64,000 nt of DNA, taken from assembly GCA_965248265.1 (NCBI GenBank), contig CBDFJF010000002.1, positions 1,696,001-1,760,000 of the forward strand, written 5' to 3'. The first letter of the stretch is position 1, and every line of letters starts with the position of its first letter. The stretch comes from Candidatus Latescibacterota bacterium (GTDB taxonomy: Bacteria > Latescibacterota > UBA2968 > UBA8231). The translations under genes and the position numbers were made by a program. Below the pieces are notes generated by a model. It searched no databases, was not told the DNA's origin, and was given only the letters and a program-made list of their open reading frames with translations. Positions 37,048-47,332 of the stretch are shown in pieces.

Positions 37048-38817
37048 TCAGGCGGCTCCGGCCTCGCTGTCGCCGTGTTGGAGCCGATTGAGCCGATAGT
37101 AGATGCCCCGCAGCTGCAGTAACTCCTCGTGACGCCCCTGTTCGCGAATCTCACCATGGTGCAGCACCAGAATGCGGTCGGCATGGCGCAGCGTGGAGAG
37201 GCGGTGGGCGATGACGATGGCGGTGCGCTCGCGCATCAGTTTTTCCACCGCCTGCTGGATCCACAGTTCCGTCGCCGTATCGACACTGGCCGTGGCCTCG
37301 TCCAGCACCAGGATGTCGGGGTCGGTGGCCAGGGCACGGGCGAAGGACAGCAGCTGCCGTTGTCCCAGGGACAGGGAAACTCCCCGCTCGCCGACTTCGT
37401 AGTCGTACCCTCCCGGCAATTGCTCAATGAAGCGGTCGGCGTTGACGTCTGCGGCGGCCTGCCGAATCCGCTCTTGCGACACCGCCGGATCGTCCAGGCC
37501 GATGTTACTCTCGACACTGCCGGCGAACAGGAAAATGTCCTGTTGGACCACACCGATGCTCCGTCGCAACTGGCGTACATCCAATTCGCGGATGTCGACG
37601 CCATCCAGGAGAATGGTGCCCCGCTGGATCTCGTAGAATCGATTCAACAGGTTGATGATCGTCGACTTTCCGGCTCCCGTGGCCCCAACCAGGGCGAGGC
37701 TGTGGCCCGGTTGGGCGCGGAAGGAGACATCTCGCAATACCCAGTCCTCGTCCTCGTAGGCAAACCAGACATTGCGAAACTCGATGTCGCCGGCCACGCT
37801 CTCGGGAAGAGCCCTGGAGCCTGTGGACTCGGTGTCGGTATCCAGCAGCTCGAAGATACGCTCGGAGGAAGCCGTGGCGATCTGCAGGGAGGAGTAACGC
37901 TCGGCGATGTCGCGAATGGGCATGAAGAAGCGGGGCACATACTGCAGAGTGGCCACCAGAACACCCCATTCGATCTGTTCCCGCAGCACTTGACCCGTTC
38001 CATGCCAGAGGACGAGCGCCAACAGCAAGGTTCCGGCCAACTCCATGAAGGGGAAGTACATGGCCTGGTAGAATGTCGCCCTCAGGCGGGCATCCAGGTA
38101 CTGGTCGTTGTCTTCGTCGAAGCGGCGAGCGCTGCGCTTCTCGCACGAAAACAGCTGAACCACTTCCATGCCGGCGAGCGCTTCCTGCAAGGCAGTGGCG
38201 AAACGGGCAAAGCAGGTACGGGCACGCCGGTGGGATTGGATGGTGCGCAGCTGTAGCCAGACGGTGGTGGCCGCAAGGATGGGCAGTGCCAGGGAGATCA
38301 CCAGGCCCAGCTCAACATCCATGTAGAAGACGAAGCTGAGGATGGTGATGATGGTAAACAGGTCGCTGACCATGGCGACGACGCTCTCGGTGAAAAAATC
38401 ATTGAGCGCGTCCACGTCGTTGGTGTTGCGCACCATCAGGCGTCCGATCGGGGTGCGGTCGAAGAAGCCGACACTCAGACGCTGGAGATGGGAAAACAGC
38501 TGAAGGCGCACATCCCGCATGGCCCACTGGCCGATCATCTGGGTGATCCAGCTCTGCCCGTACCCCAGAAGAAACTGCATTACGAGCAGTCCCATGAAGA
38601 GCAGGGCAATGCCCCCGAGCCCTTCCTTGTCGCCGGGGACGACATAATCATCGATGGCGATTTTCGACAGGTACGGGGCAGACTGACGCACGGCAGCAGC
38701 CAGCAGGATTGTGACGAAGGCGACGGCGACCCAGCCAGCGTACGGGCGCAGATAGGCCAGCAGCCGCGCGATGAGATGCGGGTCGATGCGACGCGAGGTA
38801 ATCTCTTCTTCGATCAC
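37048..38817 (-). CDS. ABC exporter ATP-binding/permease subunit (heterodimer partner B)
   Basis: TMD plus GATGAGKST, LSLGQRQ, LDEAT, IAHR. GTG at 38817 overlaps the upstream TGA. Confidence 0.93.
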   Translation of the reverse strand: MIEEEITSRRIDPHLIARLLAYLRPYAGWVAVAFVTILLAAAVRQSAPYLSKIAIDDYVVPGDKEGLGGIALLFMGLLVMQFLLGYGQSWITQMIGQWAMRDVRLQLFSHLQRLSVGFFDRTPIGRLMVRNTNDVDALNDFFTESVVAMVSDLFTIITILSFVFYMDVELGLVISLALPILAATTVWLQLRTIQSHRRARTCFARFATALQEALAGMEVVQLFSCEKRSARRFDEDNDQYLDARLRATFYQAMYFPFMELAGTLLLALVLWHGTGQVLREQIEWGVLVATLQYVPRFFMPIRDIAERYSSLQIATASSERIFELLDTDTESTGSRALPESVAGDIEFRNVWFAYEDEDWVLRDVSFRAQPGHSLALVGATGAGKSTIINLLNRFYEIQRGTILLDGVDIRELDVRQLRRSIGVVQQDIFLFAGSVESNIGLDDPAVSQERIRQAAADVNADRFIEQLPGGYDYEVGERGVSLSLGQRQLLSFARALATDPDILVLDEATASVDTATELWIQQAVEKLMRERTAIVIAHRLSTLRHADRILVLHHGEIREQGRHEELLQLRGIYYRLNRLQHGDSEAGAA

Positions 38818-40595
38818 AGGTCGTCCAATTCTTGAGCCCGGTTCTGGCGCCGCCACAATTCGGCGTAGGCACCATCGCGCGCCACCAATTCATCATGGCT
38901 ACCCTGTTCGACGATGCGACCGGAGTCGAGGACGATGATGTGGTCGGCTCCCCTGACCGTGGACACCCGATGGGCGATGAGGATGGTCGTCGTTGACTCA
39001 ATGACAGTTTCGAGGCGACGCAAGATCTCACTCTCGGTGGCGGTGTCGACGCTGGCCATGGCATCGTCCAGGATGAGGATCGGTGGAGATCCGACGACAG
39101 CGCGGGCGATGGCGGTTCGCTGCTTTTGCCCACCAGAGAGGGTGACGCCGCGCTCGCCGACCAGGGTGTCCATGCCCAGCGGAAAATCACCGATGTCGTT
39201 GGAGAGCTGCGCCACGTCCGTAGCCCACTCTATTTCCTCGACGGATGGCGCATCAGCGCCGAGTGCAATATTGGCTCGCAGCGTATCCGAGAACAGGAAG
39301 GTGTCCTGGGGCACGTAACCGATCGACTGCCGAAGTGTGCGTAACGGAATCTGCTGGACCGGCACTCCGTCGATGAGGATCTGATCAGGACCAGGCTGGA
39401 TCATTCCTGGTATGAGACGGGCAAGGGTCGATTTGCCGGAACCAATTACGCCGATGACGGCGAGGGTGCTTCCGGCCGGGATCCGCAATGATATGTCGTC
39501 AAGGACCGTGTCCCCCCCGTCATAGGCGAAGCTGAGATTGCGCAGCTCGATCTCTCCCTTGAGACGACGAGGATCGTTTTCCTCGCCACGAGTCTCGGTA
39601 GGCTCATGCAGAATGGCCTCGATGCGCTTCAGTGAGGCGACGGCGCGCTGATATTCGTCGACCATGCGGCCCAGGAGCATCATGGGCCGGCCCAGCTGGA
39701 TGAGGTAGGCGTTGAAGGCCACGAAGGAGCCGAGGGTCAGGGTCTCATCGATCACTCGTAGTCCGCCCACCCACAGGACGACGACGGTGGAAATGCCGTT
39801 CAACAAAAGGGCAAAGGGGAAGAAGGGGCTGCGCACCTTGACCAGGCGACGGTTGTGTTCCACGTACGCCTGGTTGAGCTCGGCGAAGCGATCGACTTCG
39901 AGAGTTTCGCGAGCGAACCCCTTGACGATCCGCATCCCCGACAGATTCTCCTGGATGCGGGCGCTCATGGTGGCGAACTGCTCCTGCACTCGGCGATAAC
40001 CGGAGTGGATTCTGCCGGAGACCCAATTGGTCGTCATCACCATCACCGGCATCGGCAGCAGGCACAACAGGGCGAGCCGCCAGTCGATCAGGCACATCAG
40101 TGTCAGGCTCAGGAAAAACGTCAGAAGCCCGGTCAGGGTCATGCGAAAGGCATGGTGGAAGAATCGCTGAATCGCCTCAACGTCGTTGGTGGCGCGGGCC
40201 ATCAAGTCACCGACACGCCGTTTGTGGAAGAACGACAGCGGTAGCGCCAGAAGGTGTTGAACGTAGGTGGCACGCAGGTCGCGTTCGACGTATCGCGAGG
40301 TTCCGCTGAGGTACCAGCGCATGCCGAAGGCCATAGTCCATTGGATGATTCCAAGCGCTGCCATGGCCGCGGCGTAGAGGGCGATGTCGCCGAATGCACT
40401 CCCGGTATGGTGGGTGACGACCGGATTGGAGTCGGGGTTGAGCTCCTGGTGGGCGGTGTCGATGGCCTGCTTGAGCGCCATCGGCAATGCCGCGTTGATG
40501 AGTTGGGCACCCAGAAGGAGGGTGACTCCGGCGAAGACGGCCCGCCGGTAAGGGCGCAGGAAGGGGGCGAAGGGCTTGAAGGGATTGACCGTCAC
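38814..40595 (-). CDS. ABC exporter ATP-binding/permease subunit (heterodimer partner A)
   Basis: TMD plus GVIGSGKST, LSGGQKQR and degenerate Walker B ILDD, typical of heterodimeric multidrug exporters. Confidence 0.93.
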   Translation of the reverse strand: MTVNPFKPFAPFLRPYRRAVFAGVTLLLGAQLINAALPMALKQAIDTAHQELNPDSNPVVTHHTGSAFGDIALYAAAMAALGIIQWTMAFGMRWYLSGTSRYVERDLRATYVQHLLALPLSFFHKRRVGDLMARATNDVEAIQRFFHHAFRMTLTGLLTFFLSLTLMCLIDWRLALLCLLPMPVMVMTTNWVSGRIHSGYRRVQEQFATMSARIQENLSGMRIVKGFARETLEVDRFAELNQAYVEHNRRLVKVRSPFFPFALLLNGISTVVVLWVGGLRVIDETLTLGSFVAFNAYLIQLGRPMMLLGRMVDEYQRAVASLKRIEAILHEPTETRGEENDPRRLKGEIELRNLSFAYDGGDTVLDDISLRIPAGSTLAVIGVIGSGKSTLARLIPGMIQPGPDQILIDGVPVQQIPLRTLRQSIGYVPQDTFLFSDTLRANIALGADAPSVEEIEWATDVAQLSNDIGDFPLGMDTLVGERGVTLSGGQKQRTAIARAVVGSPPILILDDAMASVDTATESEILRRLETVIESTTTILIAHRVSTVRGADHIIVLDSGRIVEQGSHDELVARDGAYAELWRRQNRAQELDDL

Positions 40596-40601
40596 CGCGG
40601 C

Positions 40602-40745
40602 CTACAGGCGTGCTCCGGGAAACTGTTCCTGGCTGCCGACGATCAATTCACCCGTCACCGTGGGCAGCCCAATGGGGCGCAGGGTGACGGCCACCAACCA
40701 GATGCCGGCGAGAAGGATCAGCAGATCGAGAGCGACGTCATGCAT
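40602..40745 (-). pseudogene. N-terminal fragment of a CPA2 cation:proton antiporter
   Basis: Manual translation MHDVALDLLILLAGIWLVAVTLRPIGLPTVTGELIVG then an unrelated tail and stop. GLPxVxGELxVG is the CPA2 TM1-TM2 motif (compare GHAPVVGEILVG in 45410-47119). Confidence 0.65.
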
Positions 40746-40886
40746 GAGTATTGGCTGCAATCTAACCAATGTCTCTCACAGGGTCGATGAAGGAGCGTCA
40801 CCAGGGTGGATCGTGTCTCGGCCGTGCATTTGGCGTTATGTTATCAGCCGACTACTGAATTATAGCATTCGAGAGAGATCCTGAGC

Positions 40887-41297
40887 ATGCCAGACAACCC
40901 CATACGCGTGTTGATTGCCAAGGTCGGCCTGGACGGGCATGACCGCGGCGTCAAGATCGTCGCCCGCTGCCTGCGGGACGCCGGCATGGATGTCATCTAC
41001 ACTGGTCTGCACCGCTCCCCCGAACAGGTGGTGATGGCGGCCGTTCAGGAGGACGTGGACATCCTCGGCATCAGTATACTGTCCGGGGCCCACATGACCG
41101 TGGTCCCCAAGGTTCTGGATCTGCTCAAACAGCAGGAGGCCGAGGACATCCTCGTGGTGGCCGGGGGAGTCATTCCGGATGAGGACGTCGCCGCGCTAAA
41201 GGAACTCGGCGTCAAGGAAATCCTGCTGCAGGACACGCCACCAGACGTCATCGTCGCGACGATGCGCCGGCTGGTAGACGAACGCCCACCACGATAG
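40887..41297 (+). CDS. hcmB: 2-hydroxyisobutyryl-CoA mutase small (B12-binding) subunit
   Basis: GLDGHDRG (DxHxxG), SILSGAH, GGVIP; first gene of the mutase cassette. Confidence 0.88.
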   Translation: MPDNPIRVLIAKVGLDGHDRGVKIVARCLRDAGMDVIYTGLHRSPEQVVMAAVQEDVDILGISILSGAHMTVVPKVLDLLKQQEAEDILVVAGGVIPDEDVAALKELGVKEILLQDTPPDVIVATMRRLVDERPPR

Positions 41298-41311
41298 CGG
41301 CTCTACTGCGC

Positions 41312-42730
41312 ATGGAATACTGGACGTTTCCGGCCGACTACGACCCTCACTACCGGCCCGACCCTGAGTCGCGCTACTGGTTTCCGTCACGAGAGACCAT
41401 GCCGGCGGCGGAACGCGAGCAGGCCATTCTGCAGCGATTGCAGCAGGTGACCGCGTACGCCTACGAGAAAGCTCCATTCTACCGGCGCATTTGGGATGAG
41501 GCCGGATTCCATCCTGATCAACTGACTACTCTCGAGGATTTCGAGGACAAGGTTCCCGTCATCACCAAGCAGGATCTGCGCGCCTCACAGACAGCGTCGC
41601 CGCCCTTTGGAGATTACCTGTGCATTGGTGAGGACGCGGTCTTTCACATTCATGGAACCTCAGGAACCACCGGCGACCCCACCGCCTTCGCCATCGGCCG
41701 CGATGACTGGGAGGCGATCGCCAATGCCCAGGCCCGTGTCATGTGGGGGATGGGGGTGCGGCCGGGAGACGTCGTCTTCGTGGCGGCCGTGTTCAGCTTG
41801 TACATGGGTTCGTGGGGCACGTTGGCCGGTGCCGAGCGCCTCGGGGCCGTGAGCTTTCCGTTTGGCGCTGGGGCACCGGGCATGAGTGTGCGCGCTGTCA
41901 ACTGGCTAAAGCGGGTGCACCCGAAGGCTTTCTACGGTACACCCTCCTATGCCCTTTACCTTGTAGATGTGGCGCACAACGAGGGCATCGACCCGCGTGA
42001 GTTTGGCATCGAGATCATGTTTTTTTCAGGCGAGCCTGGCGCCTCGGTCCCAGGTGTCCGGGACAAGATCGCTGAAGCCTACGGAGCCAGAGTCATCGAC
42101 TGTGGATCGATGGCGGAAATGACGCCGTGGATGAACGCCGCCGGCAGCTGTGAGTCGGAGGCGATGCTCTTGTGGCAGGACATCGTCTACACGGAAGTCT
42201 GCGATCCACAGTCTTTCGGGCGCGTGCCCTACGGTCAGCAGGGCACACCGGTTTACACCCATCTTGAACGGACATCGCAACCGATGATCCGCCTGTTGTC
42301 CGGCGATCTCACACGCTGGGAGGACGGCCCGTCACCGTGTGGGCGCACCTATCCCTGTCTACCCCACGGCATCTTCGGTCGCATCGACGACGCCTTCACC
42401 ATTCGCGGCGAGAACGTTTACCCAAGTGAAATCGACGCGGTGTTGAATCAGATAGAGGACTACGGCGGTGAGCATCGGATCATCATCACACGCGACGGCG
42501 CCATGGACGAACTACTGGTTCAGGTTGAGGGAAAGCCGCGGGTGTACGACAGTGACGAGACGGCAACGCTGTGCGATCGTGCAGCAGCCGACCTGCAGCG
42601 TGTGCTGGGAATTCGTACGCAAGTAGAGGTAGTCGCTCAAGAGACCTTTCCGCGCACCGACTTCAAAGCCCGCCGTGTGGTTGACGATCGCGAGGTGTTC
42701 CGCGACATGCACCGGCGCCTTGAACGATGA
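41312..42730 (+). CDS. hcl: 2-hydroxyisobutyrate-CoA ligase (PaaK-like adenylate-forming enzyme)
   Basis: TSGTTG AMP motif, GRIDD. The N-terminus RYWFP.RETMPAAERE.AIL.RLQQV resembles my recollection of Aquincola Hcl; cassette context agrees. Confidence 0.82.
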   Translation: MEYWTFPADYDPHYRPDPESRYWFPSRETMPAAEREQAILQRLQQVTAYAYEKAPFYRRIWDEAGFHPDQLTTLEDFEDKVPVITKQDLRASQTASPPFGDYLCIGEDAVFHIHGTSGTTGDPTAFAIGRDDWEAIANAQARVMWGMGVRPGDVVFVAAVFSLYMGSWGTLAGAERLGAVSFPFGAGAPGMSVRAVNWLKRVHPKAFYGTPSYALYLVDVAHNEGIDPREFGIEIMFFSGEPGASVPGVRDKIAEAYGARVIDCGSMAEMTPWMNAAGSCESEAMLLWQDIVYTEVCDPQSFGRVPYGQQGTPVYTHLERTSQPMIRLLSGDLTRWEDGPSPCGRTYPCLPHGIFGRIDDAFTIRGENVYPSEIDAVLNQIEDYGGEHRIIITRDGAMDELLVQVEGKPRVYDSDETATLCDRAAADLQRVLGIRTQVEVVAQETFPRTDFKARRVVDDREVFRDMHRRLER

Positions 42731-43719
42731 GTGCCACGGCAGGCCGAGCGGTACCCTCCCGGGAGTTGGTGGCGCCGGTATTGGCGGGCAAGATCTCCGC
42801 GATCGCGCGGTTGTTGAGTCGGGCGGAGAGTGGCGCCGACGAAGTGCTGGAGGCGTTGGAGGAGATTTATCGACACGCGGGCAAAGCCCACGTCGTCGGC
42901 ATCACCGGTGTGCCTGGTAGCGGCAAGTCGACGCTGTTGGCGAAGCTGGCTATTCATTTGCGCGAGTCCGGACGCCGCGTCGGCATCGTCGCCGTCGATC
43001 CAACCAGCCCGTTTTCGGGCGGATCCATCCTCGGGGATCGCATCCGCATGAACGAGCTGAGTGGAGATCCGGGCATTTTCATTCGCAGCATGGCGACCCG
43101 GGGGTCACTGGGTGGCTTGGCGCGGGCGACGCTGGACGCCGTTGACATTCTGGATGCGTCCGGGTATGACCCGGTCCTGATCGAAACCGTTGGCGTGGGG
43201 CAGGATGAGGTCGAGGTCGTGCAGGCGGCCCAGAGTACCGTGGTGGTGTCGGCGCCTGGTCTGGGTGATGACATCCAGGCAGTGAAAGCCGGTGTGCTCG
43301 AAATTGCCGATATCCACGTGGTGAGCAAATGCGACCGTCCTGACGCCAACCGCACCATCACGGATTTGAAGGGCATGCTGACGTTGGGTGCGCATGCCAG
43401 CGCTGAAGGGCGCTCCGCATCTGCGTGGGCGTTGCCAGTCGTGGCGACGAGTGCGGAGAGCGGTAGAGGAATTGAAGAACTGGTTGAGAAGGTTGATGCG
43501 CATCGGGTCTTTCTGAAAGAGACCGGTGCCTTGATGGAACGCCAGCGACACATTGCGCAAAGACGTTTGTTGAAAGCAGCAGAGGATTTACTGCGGGACG
43601 AATTCGCCCGGCAGCATGGCGACATGGCACAGATCATCGACGATATGGTAGATCGCGACGTTCATCCAAGCGCGGCGGCCAGGCAGTTGATCGAGCGAGT
43701 ACGGAAGGAGAGCGATTGA
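42727..43719 (+). CDS. meaH: MeaB/ArgK-type GTPase chaperone of B12 mutases
   Basis: GITGVPGSGKST, VDPTSPFSGGSILGDRIRM, IETVGVGQ. Confidence 0.9.
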   Translation: MSATAGRAVPSRELVAPVLAGKISAIARLLSRAESGADEVLEALEEIYRHAGKAHVVGITGVPGSGKSTLLAKLAIHLRESGRRVGIVAVDPTSPFSGGSILGDRIRMNELSGDPGIFIRSMATRGSLGGLARATLDAVDILDASGYDPVLIETVGVGQDEVEVVQAAQSTVVVSAPGLGDDIQAVKAGVLEIADIHVVSKCDRPDANRTITDLKGMLTLGAHASAEGRSASAWALPVVATSAESGRGIEELVEKVDAHRVFLKETGALMERQRHIAQRRLLKAAEDLLRDEFARQHGDMAQIIDDMVDRDVHPSAAARQLIERVRKESD

Positions 43720-45398
43720 TGGCGCAGGACGGCAGGAAGCGGGACGACTTCGCCACTCAGCTGCAATTGTGGGAAGAGAACGAAGTAGAGGAGTTCAGGA
43801 AGCGTCAACCGGAACGGCAGAGCCAGTTCACGACCTACGGAGGCCTGCCGGTCGAGCGCCTGTACACGGTACTGGATGAAACGCCGCTGGAAGACATCGG
43901 CCTGCCGGGGCAGTACCCGTTTACCCGTGGTCCCTATCCGACCATGTACCGAGGCCGCGTGTGGACGATGCGCCAGATCGCCGGTTTCGGTACCGGCGAG
44001 GACACCAACCGGCGCTTCAAGTACCTGATCGAGAACGGGTTGACCGGGTTGTCCGTCGACTTCGACATGCCCACGCTCATGGGCTACGACTCCGACCATC
44101 CGATGAGTGAAGGCGAGGTCGGCCGCGAAGGTGTCGCCGTCGATACCCTGGCTGACATGGAGGCGCTGTTCGATGGTATCGACCTCGAACAGATTTCCGT
44201 TTCCATGACCATCAACCCGACCGCCTGGATCCTGCTGGCCATGTACGTGGCCCTGGCCGAGAAACGGGGCTGTGATCTCGACAAGCTGGCCGGCACTATT
44301 CAAGCGGACATCCTCAAGGAGTACATGGCGCAGAAGGAGTGGATTTTTCCGATTGAGCCGTCAGTGCGGTTGGTGCGCGACTGCATAACATTCTGTGCCG
44401 GCAGGATGAAGCGCTACAATCCGGTCAATGTTTCGGGCTACCACATCTCCGAAGCGGGTGCCTCGCCTTTGCACGAAGCTGCGTTCACGCTGGCCAATGG
44501 CATCACCTACGTTGAGGAGGTTCTGAAAACCGGCATGGCGGTGGATGACTTCGCGCCCCGACTGTCGTTCTACTTCGTCTCGCAGTCCGACTTCTTCGAG
44601 GAGATCGCCAAGTTCCGGGCCGCGCGGCGTTGCTGGGCAAAAATCATGAAGGAGCGCTTCGGAGCTAAGAATCCAGCCTCCATGCGCCTGCGCTTCCATT
44701 GTCAGACGGCTGCGGCAACGCTCACCAGACAACAGTACAGGATCAATATCGTGCGCACGGGATTGCAGGCACTGGCGGCGGTGCTGGGAGGCGCGCAGAG
44801 TCTGCACACCAACGGCATGGACGAGGCCTTCGCGATCCCGACGGAGGAGGCGATGAAGATCGCCCTGCGCACACAGCAGATCATCGCCGAAGAGACCAAT
44901 GTTGCCAATGTCATCGACCCCCTCGGGGGTTCGTACTATCTCGAGAGTCTGACCACCGAGTTTGAGCGCGGCATTTTCGCTGTGCTGGACGAAATCGACT
45001 CCGGTGGTGGCACCGCGAAGCTGATCGAGGAGGGTTGGTTTCAGAAGCACATCGCTGATTTTGCCTATGAAGTGGCACTGAAAAAGCAATCTGGTGAAAA
45101 GACCGTGATCGGGGTGAACAAGTTCGTCGAGGATGAAGAGTCGATGGACGTCGAGACCCACGGTTACGATCCGGCGGTGGTCGAACGACAGCTGGGCAGG
45201 TTGAAACGAGTGCGGGACGAACGCGATGACAATGAGGTCAGGGCTCTGCTGGGTACATTGCAGAGCGCGGCGCGCGACGAGTCAGCCAATCTAATGTCGG
45301 TGACTATCGAGCTGGTCAAAGCCGGCGCCACGATGGGGGACATCGTCGAATCGCTGCGCGAAATCTGGGGGACCTACCAGGAAACCCCCGTGTTCTAA
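43716..45398 (+). CDS. hcmA: 2-hydroxyisobutyryl-CoA mutase large subunit
   Basis: Acyl-CoA mutase barrel with [10 protein letters not shown] (Ile where MCM has Tyr and ICM has Phe) and LSVDFD (Asp), the HCM specificity residues; C-terminus [10 protein letters not shown]. Confidence 0.88.
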   Translation: MMAQDGRKRDDFATQLQLWEENEVEEFRKRQPERQSQFTTYGGLPVERLYTVLDETPLEDIGLPGQYPFTRGPYPTMYRGRVWTMRQIAGFGTGEDTNRRFKYLIENGLTGLSVDFDMPTLMGYDSDHPMSEGEVGREGVAVDTLADMEALFDGIDLEQISVSMTINPTAWILLAMYVALAEKRGCDLDKLAGTIQADILKEYMAQKEWIFPIEPSVRLVRDCITFCAGRMKRYNPVNVSGYHISEAGASPLHEAAFTLANGITYVEEVLKTGMAVDDFAPRLSFYFVSQSDFFEEIAKFRAARRCWAKIMKERFGAKNPASMRLRFHCQTAAATLTRQQYRINIVRTGLQALAAVLGGAQSLHTNGMDEAFAIPTEEAMKIALRTQQIIAEETNVANVIDPLGGSYYLESLTTEFERGIFAVLDEIDSGGGTAKLIEEGWFQKHIADFAYEVALKKQSGEKTVIGVNKFVEDEESMDVETHGYDPAVVERQLGRLKRVRDERDDNEVRALLGTLQSAARDESANLMSVTIELVKAGATMGDIVESLREIWGTYQETPVF

Positions 45399-45409
45399 AT
45401 GAGTTCGTC

Positions 45410-47119
45410 GTGAATGAGCACCACCTCCTGATCTTCCTGGTGCAGGTTCTGATTCTGCTGACATTGGCTCGCTCCGCCGGCGAGATGCTGCGGCGTTGGG
45501 GGCACGCGCCGGTGGTGGGAGAGATCCTGGTGGGTGTGCTCCTGGGACCCACTCTGCTTGGCCGCGCCGCCCCGGTGTTCCACAAGCTTCTGTTTCCCGA
45601 GGACCCGATTCAGCAGAGCATGTTGGACGTGGTTTCCTGGTTCGGTGTGCTCTTCCTCCTGCTCGAGACCGGTTTGGAGATCGATGTGTCGGCAGCATGG
45701 CGTCAGCGCGGACCGGCGCTGCGCATCGGTGTGGTCGGGGTCCTCGTGCCGCTGATCGTCGGTTCTCTCCTTTCCTATGGGTTGCCCGATCGCTATCTGG
45801 CCGATGCGGATGGACGTGTCGTCTTCTCGCTCTTTCTCGGCACCACCATGGCCATCAGTGCAATGGTCATCATCGCACGAGTACTGCAGGACCTGGACCT
45901 GGTAAAGAGTGACCTGGGTTTGGTGACCCTTTGTGGTTACGCAGTAAACGACATTCTAGCCTGGGTGATCTTCTCTCTCGTAGTCGGGGCCGCAACGCAG
46001 GCGAGTCTCGACTGGATGACGGTGCTCTACCTGCTTGCCAGTACTGTCGCCTTTACGGCGCTTTCGCTCACCGCCGGCCTGCGCTTTGTCAGCGCGACAA
46101 TCTCGCGCATCCATGCCGGTCTGCCCGAGAGGCCGGGAGCGATACTGACATTCGTCTGCTGCCTCGGTCTTGGCTGCGGCGCGTTTACTCAATGGTTGGG
46201 GCTCACGGCGCTGTTCGGTTTCTTTCTTGCGGGCATCATGGCGGGACAAACCCGCGCGCTGACTGAGCGCAACAGGAGCATCATTTCCCAGATGGTGCAT
46301 GCTATATTCGTGCCCCTCTACTTCGCCGGACTGGGACTGCGATTCGACTTCTTCGGCAACTTCGATCTCCTCCTCGTTCTGTTCGTCACAGTCGTATCCA
46401 TCACCGTCAAGTTCGCCGGTGCCTGGCTTGGGGCCTTGGGTAAAGAAATCTCCCCCGAGGACCGTCTGTCGATCGGTATCGCCTTTACTCCCAGTGGAGT
46501 CACTGGCATCGTGGTGGCAGGCGTGGCACTTGAGTACCACATCATCTCGACTCCGATTTTTGTTGCTATCGTGTTCAGCGCGATCGCATCGGCACTGTTG
46601 GTGGCACCCTGGCTCTCGTGGTCGATCCGGCGCCGCGGTGAAGTGGACCTGCTCAGATACTTACCGCCCGAGGCGGTGCTTACCCAACTGAGCGGCTCTG
46701 ATCAGTTTGATGTCATCGCCGAGCTCTGTGGCGTCGCGGCTAAGGCTGGCGGGATACCTGCTGAAACTCTCGCAACAGACGTGCACGAGCGTGAAAGACT
46801 CATGGGAACTGCCACAGGAGGTGGAGTGGCGATTCCCCACGCACGCATCGAATCGCTGCAGAGGCCAGTGCTGTCATTCGGGCGGTCGCGCAACGGCGTT
46901 GACTGGAATGCACCAGACGGTCAGCCCGTCCACTTCGTCTTCCTCGTGCTAACTCCGGAGCGCCAAGAAGGATTGCAGCTCCAGATATTGGCGGCAATCG
47001 CACAAGGGATGGCCGCCGGCGGTAGGGAACGTCTCAGCGCAGCAGCGGATGCCAGCGAATTGCGGTCAGCTGTCGGGGGGACCCTGGCGGGCAGGCAATC
47101 GGACTCCGCCGATCGTTGA
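45410..47119 (+). CDS. CPA2 cation:proton antiporter fused to a PTS EIIA (Ntr/Fru-type) domain
   Basis: About 12 TM helices, GLEID, AVNDI; C-terminal ERE..MGT..GGGVAIPHAR and DWNAPDGQPVHFVF. Confidence 0.9.
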   Translation: MNEHHLLIFLVQVLILLTLARSAGEMLRRWGHAPVVGEILVGVLLGPTLLGRAAPVFHKLLFPEDPIQQSMLDVVSWFGVLFLLLETGLEIDVSAAWRQRGPALRIGVVGVLVPLIVGSLLSYGLPDRYLADADGRVVFSLFLGTTMAISAMVIIARVLQDLDLVKSDLGLVTLCGYAVNDILAWVIFSLVVGAATQASLDWMTVLYLLASTVAFTALSLTAGLRFVSATISRIHAGLPERPGAILTFVCCLGLGCGAFTQWLGLTALFGFFLAGIMAGQTRALTERNRSIISQMVHAIFVPLYFAGLGLRFDFFGNFDLLLVLFVTVVSITVKFAGAWLGALGKEISPEDRLSIGIAFTPSGVTGIVVAGVALEYHIISTPIFVAIVFSAIASALLVAPWLSWSIRRRGEVDLLRYLPPEAVLTQLSGSDQFDVIAELCGVAAKAGGIPAETLATDVHERERLMGTATGGGVAIPHARIESLQRPVLSFGRSRNGVDWNAPDGQPVHFVFLVLTPERQEGLQLQILAAIAQGMAAGGRERLSAAADASELRSAVGGTLAGRQSDSADR

Positions 47120-47332
47120 CGCCGGTATTCTCGTGTGAGGTCAGTGATGATTCAGCCGACAGCTGTTGATCAACCCGTGTGGGAGATCGGTCTGGTCTGA
47201 TCTGTAGAACGTAGGGACCTATCCCCGTGTTTCTCGGCGCACGTTGCGCTGGTGTCGACCGCGGTTTTGCACGTCCCGGTGCCCTGTCACGAAGGTATTC
47301 TTGTATTCGGCCGCCAAGTGTGCAATACTGCG

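Noticed and set aside
43716-45398. Call as methylmalonyl-CoA or isobutyryl-CoA mutase
   Set aside because: The active-site residue is Ile (not Tyr or Phe) with the accompanying Asp, and a dedicated CoA ligase lies in the cassette.
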